From NCBI RefSeq assembly GCF_006345805.1, contig NC_043025.1, forward strand, positions 13,454,001 through 13,518,000: DNA of 64,000 bases, written 5' to 3'. The position numbers were made by a program, and so were the translations under genes. The notes below the pieces were generated by a model, which saw only the letters and a list, made by a program, of their open reading frames with translations, searched no databases and was not told where the DNA came from. Source of the stretch: Octopus sinensis. Its lineage: Eukaryota. Positions 12,669 through 24,163 of this stretch are shown piece by piece; positions within the stretch are counted from its first letter, which is position 1; each line of letters starts with the position of its first letter.

Positions 12669-12716
12669 GTTGTTATTGCTAATACTATAGTTTTCAGATT
12701 TGATGTCGCAGTCCAT
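6764..12716 (-). CDS. Uncharacterised 674-aa protein, putative transcription factor: low-complexity N-terminus, Cys/His-rich domain, C-terminal coiled coil
   Basis: join(complement 11861-12716, 10734-10903, 6764-7762) = 2025 nt. Junctions GTTG|gtaagt..ttgccag|AT and AAG|gtatct..tttccag|TTT keep frame. An in-frame TGA at 12741-12743 supports ATG 12716 as the start. Confidence 0.85.
9272..9505 (+). mobile_element. tRNA-derived SINE family A (copies at ~331, 10003, 15076, 27770, 28450, 50700, 60725)
   Basis: Head gcggcgagctggcagaa..gttagcac...gagttcaaattcc; TSD aggtattgacct. Confidence 0.8.
9838..10383 (+). mobile_element. R4/Dong-type (RLE endonuclease) non-LTR retrotransposon 3' fragment, interrupted by a SINE
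   Basis: DRKIDANRPDIILKDLKQKSCLLIDMTVPIDINV ... TIPVVIGALG...EIQKIVLMGTAHIL; SINE at ~10003-10236 with TSD aaacaatacct. Confidence 0.8.
10734..10903 (-). CDS. Exon 2 of the Cys/His-domain gene: (D)CPKKTERAKMGHRCSFKVLLTMHSDQIGMWEVKLIGSHVEPEYAWVPPIKKVKWRK
   Basis: Poly-T tract plus cag acceptor, gtatct donor; 170 nt; non-repetitive island among repeats. Confidence 0.85.
11861..12716 (-). CDS. Exon 1 of the Cys/His-domain gene (poly-N/S/T/Q region, then KTFGLLKC...LLCNGEGSCRRKCGGIGDCIV)
   Basis: 856-nt open frame ending at a gtaagt donor, phase 1. Confidence 0.85.
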
Positions 12717-13859
12717 CTCTTCTTCGCATTCTCCCTTTCTTCACAAAAGGCCCCCAAGTCCAGTTTGGCTCTGACCTAGTCCGGACTCGAATCTCCCTCC
12801 TTTAACATAAAACTCCAGCCTGGCTTCACCTGGTCTCGAACTGCCGTCCTTTACACGAAGCTCCAGCCTGGCTTTACCTGGTCTTTAACTGCCGTCCTTT
12901 ACACGAAGCTCCAACTTGGTCTTGTCCCGGTCTGTAGCCTGCTCGGTTTGGTCTTTTCTGATTGTCAAGCACTTTCCCTTCTATGCCGAAGTCCAGCCTC
13001 GTCTCGCCCGGTCTTACGTGAATTTTATTTACGTAAAAGTCCACTCTGGCTCTTCTTGATCTTCGGCCAGTCCGGTCCGCCCTTATTTGATCCTTAAATT
13101 CTACCTCCACATAAAACTCCAGCCTGGCTCACCCCTGGTCAATAACCTGCTCGGCCCGGTTTTCTCTGCGCTCGAACCGGCTTCCTTTAATGTAAAATTC
13201 CAGCCTGGTCTTGAAGCCGTCCGGCCATTTCCTTCTATAATTTCTAACGTAGCACTGGCTGTCCCTGGTCTTTAGCCTGTCCGGCCTGGCTTTGTCCTAG
13301 TACACAGCCAGTCCGGCTTGGTCTTGACCGGTCTTCCTTTAGTGTAAAACTCCAGTTTAAATCCTGTCCTGATCTGTAACCAGTCCGGCCAGGACTTCCT
13401 TGATGTCCAACCTCTCCCTGCCTTGTCCAGTTTTTAGCTAGTCCGGCCTAGTCTACAGATTGTCCGGCCTGGCTTTGTCCTTATCACTGACCTGTCCAGC
13501 GTGGTTTTCTCGAGTCTGGAACCGCTTTCGTTTAATGCAAAACTCCAGCTGGGCCTTGTTATATTTCCGACCAGTGCAGCATGGCCTCTAACGCCTCCTT
13601 TTACACTCAAGTCCAGTTTGGCCTGGCTCGCTTTGGCCATTCAACATATTCCTTTATGTCAAAGCCCGGTGCTGTCTTCAACCGTTCCCCTTCGTATAAA
13701 AGGTCCGGCCTCGGTTAATCATTAATAGAACCTGCTATACTCGCACACACACACACAGACAGACACACACACACACACACAGACACACACACATACACAC
13801 ACTTCAGTCTTGAACAATCTTTACATATTTTTCAATATTTCATCTCATATAAAATTTAA

Positions 13860-14192
13860 GGTACTACTCGAGAACAGTGGTCCCGGTGCGAGCACTCGCG
13901 TACTCGCGCTAGCTAGTCGTGACTAGTCGATCCTACGACTACCTAGCAGGTACTACTTGAGAACAGTGGTCCCGGTGCGCGTACTCGCGTTAGGTAGTCG
14001 TGACTAGTCGATCCTACAACGACCACCTAAGCAAAGTAAATAAAACACAAAATAAATATTTATTTTTTACACCAAGTAAATAATTTTTTTTAAACAAAGT
14101 AAATAAAACACAAAGTAGGGATCGATTAGTCACGACTAGCTAGCCCGAGTACGCGAGTGCGCGCACCGGGACCACCGTTCTCAAGTAGTACC
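13860..14192. mobile_element. Merlin-like MITE with 8-bp TSD and duplicated left terminus
   Basis: Termini GGTACTACT(C/T)GAGAAC.../...GTTCTCAAGTAGTACC; AAATTTAA at 13852-13859 and 14193-14200; second left end at 13949. Confidence 0.65.
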
Positions 14193-14380
14193 AAATTTAA
14201 TTTTCGAAAAAAAAAACAGTCTTTCTTTCTCTAAATCATCCAGCCCTAAATTTTTGAAAATTCATATATATACACATATATATATATATATAAGTGGAAC
14301 TTTTAATGCTTTGGTCTGAGTCGAATCTTTCGATAACGGTCATGAATTCAACCGGTGTCGCACGTAAATAGGTTCAAAAC

Positions 14381-14395
14381 TATTTATACTTCCGG
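14381..14395 (-). promoter_or_regulatory. Adjacent ETS site (CCGGAAGT) and TATA-like box (TATAAAT) oriented toward the Cys/His-domain gene
   Basis: Minus strand reads cccggaagtataaatag, ~1.7 kb upstream of ATG 12716; could belong to a repeat instead. Confidence 0.25.
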
Positions 14396-14486
14396 GTGAA
14401 TGAATTGCGGGAGTTTTGCGAAAGTTTTTTTTGTTTTTTTCAGTATATAATTTGAAATCCCTGGAGGGAAAAAATTAAAATATCCG

Positions 14487-14923
14487 GGCGATCTTTCGTC
14501 TCTAGTAGACCTTTCCGTCGATTTCCGTAAAAAAAATTTTTTTTTTTTACATAGGGCTTGCGGGAACTTTTGAAGTAATATACATACATATACACATACA
14601 TACATATACACATACACCGAGTAAAAAATTCAGTTATCTCTCTCTTTCACACATTACTCTGTCTCTTCACACACACTAACAGAAGCACTTCACTTACACA
14701 ACATACCGTCTGTCTCCCACACCCCATCAAACACACACACACACATGTACATCAATGCTTCACATGCACGGTAACTTCAAAAGAACTTCCCTCGTCATAC
14801 AATCGCTTTCTCTTAGTCTCTTTCGCTCTCATTACTTCAAAAGTTCCCGCAAGCCCATATGTAAAAAAAAAAATTTTTTTTACGGAAATCGACGGAAAGG
14901 TCTACTAGAGACGAAAGATTGCC
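14487..14923. mobile_element. Foldback element (~90-bp inverted arms) flanked by a 14-15-bp direct repeat; a partial copy lies at 34921-35044
   Basis: 14487-14579 vs 14831-14923 are inverted; aaattaaaatatcc(g) occurs on both sides. Confidence 0.6.
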
Positions 14924-17900
14924 AAATTAAAATATCCGTCACTTCCATGAATATTTTGAATACGAGTAATCACTATCATATCGAGAAACCTTTTGCTCGA
15001 CCTGCAAGAAATAGCAGCCAAATCCCTTTCGTATCACACCCTACTATCTTTAAGTATAAATGTATGAGCCAAATGCGGCGAGCTGGCAGAACCGTTAGCA
15101 CGCCGGGCGAAATGCGTAGCCATATTTCGTCTGTTGTTACGTCCCGAGTTCAAATTCCGCTGAGGTCGACTTTGCCTTTCATCCTTTCGGGGTCGATTAA
15201 ATAAGTGCCAGTTACGCACTGGGGTCGAAGTGATCGACTTAATCCCTTTGTCCTTGTCTGTCCCCTAGTGGGTAACCTTGTACTTCCTCTACAAGACACC
15301 TGTATCTTTGAATTATCACCTCCTCTTAAAAGTGAAATTTGGATATGTGTGCATTGGGTGGGATACAACTGTCTTATTGCTAACATTGCGTTCTTTGATA
15401 ACTTTTACTTGTTACTGCGGCCATGCTGAAGCACCGCCTTTTTTAGTGGAGCAAATCGACCCCAGGACTTATTCTTTGTAAGCCTAGTACTTATTTTATC
15501 GGCTTCTTTTGCCGAATCACTAAGTTACAGGGATGTAAACACACCAGCATCGGTTGTTAAGCGATGTTGGGGGGGACAAACACAGACACACAAACATATA
15601 CACACACATACATACATACGACAGGCTTCTTTCAGTTTCCGTCTACCAAATCCACTCACAAGGTTTTGGTTGGCCCGAGGCTAGAGTAGAAGACACTTGC
15701 CCAACGTGCCACGCAGTGGGACTGAACCCGGAACCATGTGGTTCATAAGCAAGCTACTTACCACACAGCCACTCCTACGCCTATTCATAGTTTAAAAACA
15801 AAATTTTGCAAAAATGGAAATTTTAAGATTTCTTGGAGGTGGGGTTGGGGTAAAATCCCATTTTTCATAACCATATGAATTCCTGTGTGTAGAACACAAA
15901 TTTGCAAGAATTTTCTGAAAATTCCCAAAATTATAAAAGTTAGGAAGGGTTACATGGGGTTACCTGCTGTGCTTACCTTGGATCGTAGGGCAACCTGCTG
16001 TGCTTGAAGAGACCTATTGAGTCAAGTACATCATCAACATAAATATCAAATGGAAATTGTAGTTGTGATACCTGTGCTGGCAGAACGTAAAAAGCACCGT
16101 CTGAATGTGGCTGATGCCAGTGCCGCCTTGACTTGCTTCTGTACCAGTGGCACGTAAAAAGCACCAACTGATCGTGGCCGCTACCAACATCCCCTGGCAC
16201 CTGTGACAGTGGCATGTAAAAAGCACCCACTACACTCACGGAGTGGTTGGCGTTAGGAAGGGCATCCAGCTGTAGAAACACTGCCAGATCAGACTGGAGC
16301 CTGGTGCAGCCTCCTGCCTTCCCAGACCCCAGTCAAACCGTCCAACCCATGCTAGCATGGATAACGGACATTAACCGATGATAATGATGATGATATTCAA
16401 CCCACAGCCCTAGAAAAACAAAACACCCATATAAAAATCAGTTTAACTCCAGATTTAATTTTTAAATTAAACTTTAATTTATTTGTAACATTAGTGTGAA
16501 GTTGTGGAGGTCATGCATGGCTTGAACTATTGTTGTCAGGAACTGGTGGGTGTGAGACAGATAAACAGATAGATAGCTGGGTAGATGAGCAGATAGATAT
16601 ATAGACAGGTAAATAAATATATAGCTGTATAAATATGGATATATGTATGTAGACAATTAGGTGTGTATATATGGATGTATATATACATATGTATGGATAT
16701 ATGTATGTATATAAATGTATATATACATACGTATGTATATATACATATGTAAGTATATATATGTACATATACATATGTATGTATATACATATGTGTACAT
16801 GTATAAATATATGTTTATATATATATATATATATGTAAATATATATATGTGTGTGTGTATATATATATATGTGTGTGTATATATGTATATATATGTATAT
16901 GTATATATATATGTATGTGTATATATATATATATGTGTATATATATATGTATGTATACATATGTATGCATATATATATATAAATATACATATATATATAT
17001 ATATGAATGTATGTATATATGTATGCATATATGAGCATATATGAGTATATAAATGTGTATATATATATATACCGGAGTAAACACATAAATGTGAAACAAG
17101 GTTGAAAAAAGAGTACTCAAATACCAGTGGTAGAGTAATATGCTTTATTTTAAGCAGCAGAAAATTCAACAAAATCTGTTGAATTTTGTTGAATTTTCTG
17201 CTGCTTAAAATAAAGTATATATATATATATATAAATAAAGACAGATATATTTATATTTATGTAGAGAAATAGAGATTTATGTATGTAACTAGATAGATAG
17301 GTATGCGTGTATGTAAATATGTATGTATAGAGAGATATATAGATATATATTTTAAATGATAACATGAGGGCCAACAATTGGATTCGTAGCTGAATACTGG
17401 GTTTTATGTATCATGAACCCTAGTCACAAGTTCATACCTTCACAGTAATAAGTTACTTTTGTTAAACATGCAATTGGTTTATTGTAAAAACAAGTTAATA
17501 TTAATATATATGCGTTAGGTGCAGCCGACACTGTTTTAGATAAAAATAGTCTTGTGTGTATCATACTAAATGCATATACATCGTGACAGGCAAATTACAG
17601 TGGTGTTCATCTGAAGTCATTATCTATCATAGATGTATTCGCATTATTCTGCCAAAATTAATCCTTTTTCATCCACATTGTTTTGAACTAATAATGCATT
17701 ATCTTGTAGCTATGAGATTTTGATGAGGTCGCTGTTAATTTTTAAAACGATATTGTAGGGTTGGTGTGAGAGACCAGATCTGGCCAGTTTGAACATAAAA
17801 CAGGTAGAATACTTTTGGCCGGATATGGCCGGTTTAAATGCTAAAGGGTTAAAGGGAAAATAAGCAGAGAAAGGGGAAGGATGATACGGATGTCAAGCTT

Positions 17901-19946
17901 GATGAAGTGGTTGGAAGAAAGAGATATTAAATATCAGGATGTGGAACTGGTGTAGAAAATAAAGAATAAAGAATTATGGTGGGACATGACCCCACCCATG
18001 TCCTACATTCTGGACATGATACCTAGACAAAAAGATAACATTCATAAGGGATATTATCTCTGGACAAATACCATGGTGAAATTTGCCTTTTGTAATGCAT
18101 CTACATTAGATATGATACACAGGTAGCTATTCTTATATACAGGACGTCCAATAATTACATTTACAATTTCTGAGATTCAGAGAAAAAAAATGGAAAAAAT
18201 AGGGGTAACTCAACAGGGTGCATACAACCAATGGAGCCTGCATGGAAGGGTTCGGAAGCTTCCTATAAAACATTGTTTTAATTCTTTTATTTGTTTCAGT
18301 CATTTGACTGCAGCCATACTGGAGCAGTGCCTTAAAGGGATTTTTAATTGAAGGAATTGAGCTTTGTAAGCCTAGTACTTATTCTATTGTTCTCTTTTGC
18401 CAAACTGCTAAGTCATGGGGACATAAACATACCAACATCGGTTGTCAAGCGATGGTGGTAGCGACAAACACAGACACAAATATATACATACATGCACATA
18501 TATATATATATGTGGAGGTGCAATGGCCCAGTTGTTAGGGCAGTGGACTTGTGGTCATAGGATCGCAGTTTCGATTCCCAGACCGGGCGTTGTGAGTGTT
18601 TATTGAGCGAAAACACCTCGAGGCTCCGGCAGGGGGTGGTGGTGATCCCTGCTGTACTCTTTCGCCACAACTTTTTCTCACTCTTTCTTCTGTTGGCCTG
18701 CTCACTTAGCCAGTGGGGTGGCGTCATTTGAAGGCTAAAACAATGTGAAGCGCATTGTGACCAGCGATGTGTAGCAACATCTGATAGCCTGATATATAAA
18801 TATATGACAGGCTTCTTTCAGTTTCTGTCTTTCAAATCCACTTCACAAGACTTTAGTTGGCCGGAGTTTATAGTAGAAGACATTTGCCCAAGGTGCCACA
18901 CAGTGGAACTGAACCCAGAAGCATGTGGTTGGTAAGCAAGCTTCTTACCACACAGCAATGCCTGTGTCTATGTCTGATTACATTTTCCAGTAAATACTGC
19001 TGAGTCATCCCTATTTTTCAAATTGTAAAGGTAATTTATAAACAGCCTGTATAAATGTTTATATACGCAGACACACACACATAGCATGTTCATAAATTAT
19101 CTTTACAACTTCCACAATTTATTGTCTAAATGTGTTGCGTGCAACCAACGAAGCTTGAATGGAAGTGTTCTGATGTTTGTAATAAAACTTTATTTTTTCG
19201 CCTATGTTTTCCAATAAACTCTGTTGAGTTATCCATATTTTTCATATTTTCCTGAATTTTTCAAATTGTAAAGATAATTTATGGACACTATATATATATA
19301 TATATATATCAATATCAGGGTAGCAAAAAATTCAAGAGAAATTTTTCGCCACCAGCGGTCCAGTGAGAAAGAAAAAATAGTCAACAGACTATATAATATA
19401 CAATCAACAATATTAAGGAATGGCCTTGATAGGCCATTCGACCCACTAGAAAGAGCAGGGTAAATGTTTTTATTTTCCTTTGGTTTCTGAATTACAACTA
19501 TTTAGCGGTTTGAGTTTAGCTGCTCTTTCTAGTGGGTCGAATGGCCTATCAAGGCCATTCCTTAATATTGTTGTATATATATCTCTCTCTATATAAACGG
19601 CAGTTTGTCTGTGTGTGTGTCTGTTAGGTTGTACCCTCACCCTGACCACGGCTTTCAACCGATTCTGATGAAACTTGACACACACATAGCCCAATGTCAT
19701 AATTCAAAACTAACGCAGCGAAAATTTTGAAAAGTTCCCCCAGTTCTGAAAAAAATCGATAAATTCGACATGGGGTCGAGAATCAGAAACACAAACCACA
19801 GACTGTCTAGGGGACGCAACTCGACCTTTTTAACTCTCAAAAAAAATTTACCATAATTTTTTTTTCCATTTTTTGGTTATAACTCTCTAAAAATGCTTTA
19901 TAGTTATTTCCCTTACAAACCCGAGCAACGCCGGGCGATACTGCTA

Positions 19947-19978
<32 letters not shown>

Positions 19979-20134
19979 CTATTAAAAGCGCGAATTGGTC
20001 CCTGATAAATATAAATATGCAGGTAGATTGTGTGTGTGTTTGTATGTGTGTGTATGTTACTTGATTTCGATTCAAGAGGTTGCATCCAGAGGTTATGGCC
20101 ATGCTGGAGCACTGCCATTAAAAATTATGTCGAT

Positions 20135-20342
20135 ATACAGAGTCTACCCCCAAAAAGATGTACAGGCACTTCAGAGAAGGAAATAAAAATCTGTATAAAT
20201 ATTCAACTCGTAATAACTACCTCTACAAATATAAATATTTCTCTTTCGATGTTTTATCAAACTGCGATAACACTGAATAACAATAATTATACAAATTCTT
20301 CCTTTTCTGAAGTGTGTATACATTTTTTTGGCAGACCCTGTG
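20135..20342. mobile_element. Tc1/mariner-like MITE
   Basis: Degenerate TIRs CAG(A/G)GTCT..CCAAAAA.ATGTA..C.CACTTCAGA.AAGG, TA at the left flank. Confidence 0.5.
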
Positions 20343-20352
20343 TATGTATGTG

Positions 20353-20387
<35 letters not shown>

Positions 20388-20945
20388 ATAATAATCATAA
20401 TAATAATATGAGGGAATATTATTCCAAACTTATAGGGAAAAATTCAATTTAGAAATACTAAATCAAATTTCACAAAATATAATATATATATATAAATTAG
20501 AGAAAAAAACACCTTTTATCAATTAAATTATACTATTTAGAAAAATTACATATTATAGAAAGATTAAATATAAGATAAAACATATAACGATGATTAAGTA
20601 ACGTGCAAAATAATAAATAAAACGTATATATTTGGTAGAATTATTTTGCACATTAGTTAATCATTGTTATATGTTTTATCTTATATTTAATTTTTCTATA
20701 ATCTTATTTTATTTTTTTTCTTATTTTATCTTATTTTATCTAGTTTCAGCTCACGAGCTGTGGCCATGCTGGGGCACTGCCATAATATGTAATTTTTCTA
20801 GATGGTATAATTTAATTTTTCATTATTGAATTGATAAAAGGTGGGGTTTTTTTCTAATTCATATATATATATTATATTGTGTGAAATTTGATTTAGTATT
20901 TCTAAACTGAATTTTTCCCTGTAAGTTCGGAATAATATTCCCTCA

Positions 20946-21000
<55 letters not shown>

Positions 21001-21307
21001 TATTGTTAATGTAGGTAGTTCTCTGTAAACTGCTTTTTGATTCAATTGGTCCTTTTTGAGTCACATCACATGGAAAGACAAGCTGTTTGAAGGATGGGGG
21101 TGAAAGCAGGATATATTTGTGAAATAGAAAAAAAGAAAAAGAAAAAAACAAGCTTTGAGCTACACCATCCAACCCCCATTGTCCGATATGGGAGAGATTT
21201 TGGCACGATGAAACATCTGCTATTTTGGACGCGTCCTGAATGTCCAGATAATGTGGGACAAACAGAATAGGAATTTTGAAAGCAGTTTCTATAAAACTAG
21301 CTTTTAA

Positions 21308-21527
21308 CCCTTTAGCATTCAGATTATTCTGTAAAATGTAAAGCTTATGTATTCACACCACGTAAAATTAATCTTGCATCATTTCATGGCTTTGAGATTT
21401 CAATGATGTGATTGTTTATTTTTAAAAAGATGCAATAAGATAGCTATGAATGACCAAATCTGACTAGTTTGAACATAAAATAGGTAGAATATTTTGGCCG
21501 GATAGGGCCGGTTTAAACACTAAAGGG
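21308..21527. mobile_element. piggyBac-like MITE, second family (related copies near 10385-10610, 17640-17850, 51120-51335)
   Basis: TTAA|CCCTTTAGCATT...CACTAAAGGG|TTAA. Confidence 0.75.
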
Positions 21528-22251
21528 TTAAACATCAAATGGCTCTTGGTGGGGGGGGGGGGAATTCACCAGAATAAAATAATGATAAAAGGGGTCCATA
21601 GATAAGGAATGGTTGAGAACCACGTTTTACATGGTTCAGCCTAAACAAGGGAATGTGGGAAAAACCAAATAGGAATTTTACATCAAATGGCTACAGGGGT
21701 CCAACCAGAATGAAACAGTAATCAAAGGGGTCCATAGATAAAAAATGGTTCAGAACCACTTAGTGTAAGCTGTTCAATAATCCTGTTTTTAATCTGTTTG
21801 TGTCCACTTATGTCCAGCATCTTCAACATTTGACCTTTCTAAAAAAAAATAAAAATAAAAAAAAAACATATCCATTGCTGCAAATATGTTTGCTTAAATG
21901 TGAATTGCTTTCCTCAAAAAAATCAGCAGTTTACTATGATGACTGTGATGATTTAATATGTTTAGTATAAAACACTCCACAAAAATATCTTAATGTCCTC
22001 CGTTGTCCTTTGACCTCTGTCTTCTTTGACATCTATCTTTTACCATCTATACCGTCAAAAAGGAATATCCCGATTCTGACCCCCACCGTCAAACAAGCGC
22101 ATTGTTCTTAAAAGCGTGAAGCAGTTTGCAGTTTTATCGAAGTCAGCGCTTCATCGTGATGTGACGTGATGTGACGTGACGTGATGTAACATGATGTGAC
22201 ATGATGTGACGTGTGATGCGACAGAGGTCTCGGTCAGTCGGGTGTGACGGC

Positions 22252-22404
22252 TCACATGGCATACACAAAATTATAGTTGTCCGGTTCTGGAGGTATGGCT
22301 GGTGGCTTGGCTGGGATTCGAACACCTTCTGTGTCCAGCAACCGTAGTTTGATCTCCATCCCAAGAAGCATCTCCATATCGCTCTTCTCCTGTGTGCTGA
22401 CCAT
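22252..22404 (-). CDS. ELMO: ELMO terminal exon: [50 protein letters not shown]
   Basis: ttccacag|ATG ... TGA at 22252-22254; 153 nt; not in the ORF track. Confidence 0.95.
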   Translation of the reverse strand: MVSTQEKSDMEMLLGMEIKLRLLDTEGVRIPAKPPAIPPEPDNYNFVYAM

Positions 22405-23677
22405 CTGTGGAAAGACACAAGTGGACAATGGTCAAAGAACAATGGCCAGATAATAGAATAATGAACAAAGCAGAGAGGACAGTAGAGAAAGGGTGGTCAG
22501 AAATAGATGACAGTGGACAGGGCAAGATTATGGACAGAGGACAGTAATTACAGTGGTGAATTGAAAAGCGAGAGTAGTGGACAGGGGTCAAAGAACAATG
22601 GCCAGATAATAGAATAATGAACAAAGCAGAGAGGACAGTAAAGAAAGGGTGGTCAGAGGTAGATGACAGTGGACAGGGCAAGATTATGGACAGAGGACAG
22701 TAATTACAGTGGTGAATTGAAAAGCGAGAGTAGTGGACAGGGGTCAAAGAACAATGAACAAAGCAGAGAGGACAGTAGAGAAAGGGTGGTCAGAGGTAGA
22801 TGACAGTGGACAGGGCAAGATTATGGACAGGGGACAGTAATTACAGTGGTGAATTGAAAAGCGAGAGTAGTGGACAGGGGTCAAAGAACAATGGCCAGAT
22901 AATAGAATAATGAACAAAGCAGAGAGGACAGTAGAGAAAGGGTGGTCAGAGGTAGATGACAGTGGACAGGGCAAGATTATGGACAGGGGACAGTAATTAC
23001 AGTGGTGAATTGAAAAGCGAGAGTAGTGGACAAGGGTCAAAGAGAAGAATACTGGACAAAAAGAAGTGCACAGTACAAAAAAGGCAAATAGAGAGAGACA
23101 ATAGTGGACAGAGGACAGAAATCATAATGGAAAATTGAAAACATAGAGTAGTGGTCAATGGTCAGAGAAAAGGAAATTGGACAAAAAAAGAGTGATTGAG
23201 AAAGAGAGAGAGATATTACAGTGGTGGAAGCACTCCGTCGGTTACAATGACGAGGGTTCCGGTTGATCCGAATCAACGGAACAGCCTGCTCGTGAAATTA
23301 ACGTGTAAGTGGCTGAGCACTCCACAGACACGTGCACCCTTAACGTAGTTCTCGGGGATATTCAGCGTGACACAGAGAGTGACAAGGCCGGCCCCTTTGA
23401 AATACAGGTACAACAGAAACAGGAAGTAAGAGTGAGAGAAAGTTGTGGTGAAAGAGTACAGCAGGGATCACCACCATCCCCTGCCGGAGCCTCGTGGAGC
23501 TTTTTAGGTGTTTTCGCTCAATAAACACTCACAACGCCTGGTCTAGGAATCGAAACCGCGATCCTATGACCGCGAGTCCGCTGCCCTAACCACTGGGCCA
23601 TTGCGCCTCCACAGATATTGCAGTAGAGAAAGAGACAAAAGAGAGAGACACAGAGACAAAGATAGAGATAGAGATAG

Positions 23678-23720
<43 letters not shown>

Positions 23721-24084
23721 ATATAGAGATTGGTGTAAACATAAGCTGTAGGTATGTATACACAGACACACACACACACAGACACACACAGACAGACACA
23801 CACACACAGACAGACAGACACACACACAGACAGACAGACAGACAGACACACACAGACAGACAGACACACACACACACACACACAGACACACAGTTCAAAT
23901 TTGCAGAAAACAAAAGTACGAAGACAGGTGAAATAACAACAAGCAGGTGTGTTCGGCCAACGCTTGGGAAGAATGGAAAAGTTTTTGACATTTTGAGCCT
24001 ACGCTCTTCTTCAGAAAGGAATAAGAGGAAAAACAAGAAATGGAGACTGTAAAAAGACAGAAAGAAAATGTGTAGAGATTAACA

Positions 24085-24163
<79 letters not shown>

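Noticed and set aside
23520-23612. tRNA genes (also ~331, 5436, 53200, 60630)
   Set aside because: These are A/B-box heads of SINEs that run straight into SINE bodies; no complete cloverleaf with an acceptor stem was seen.
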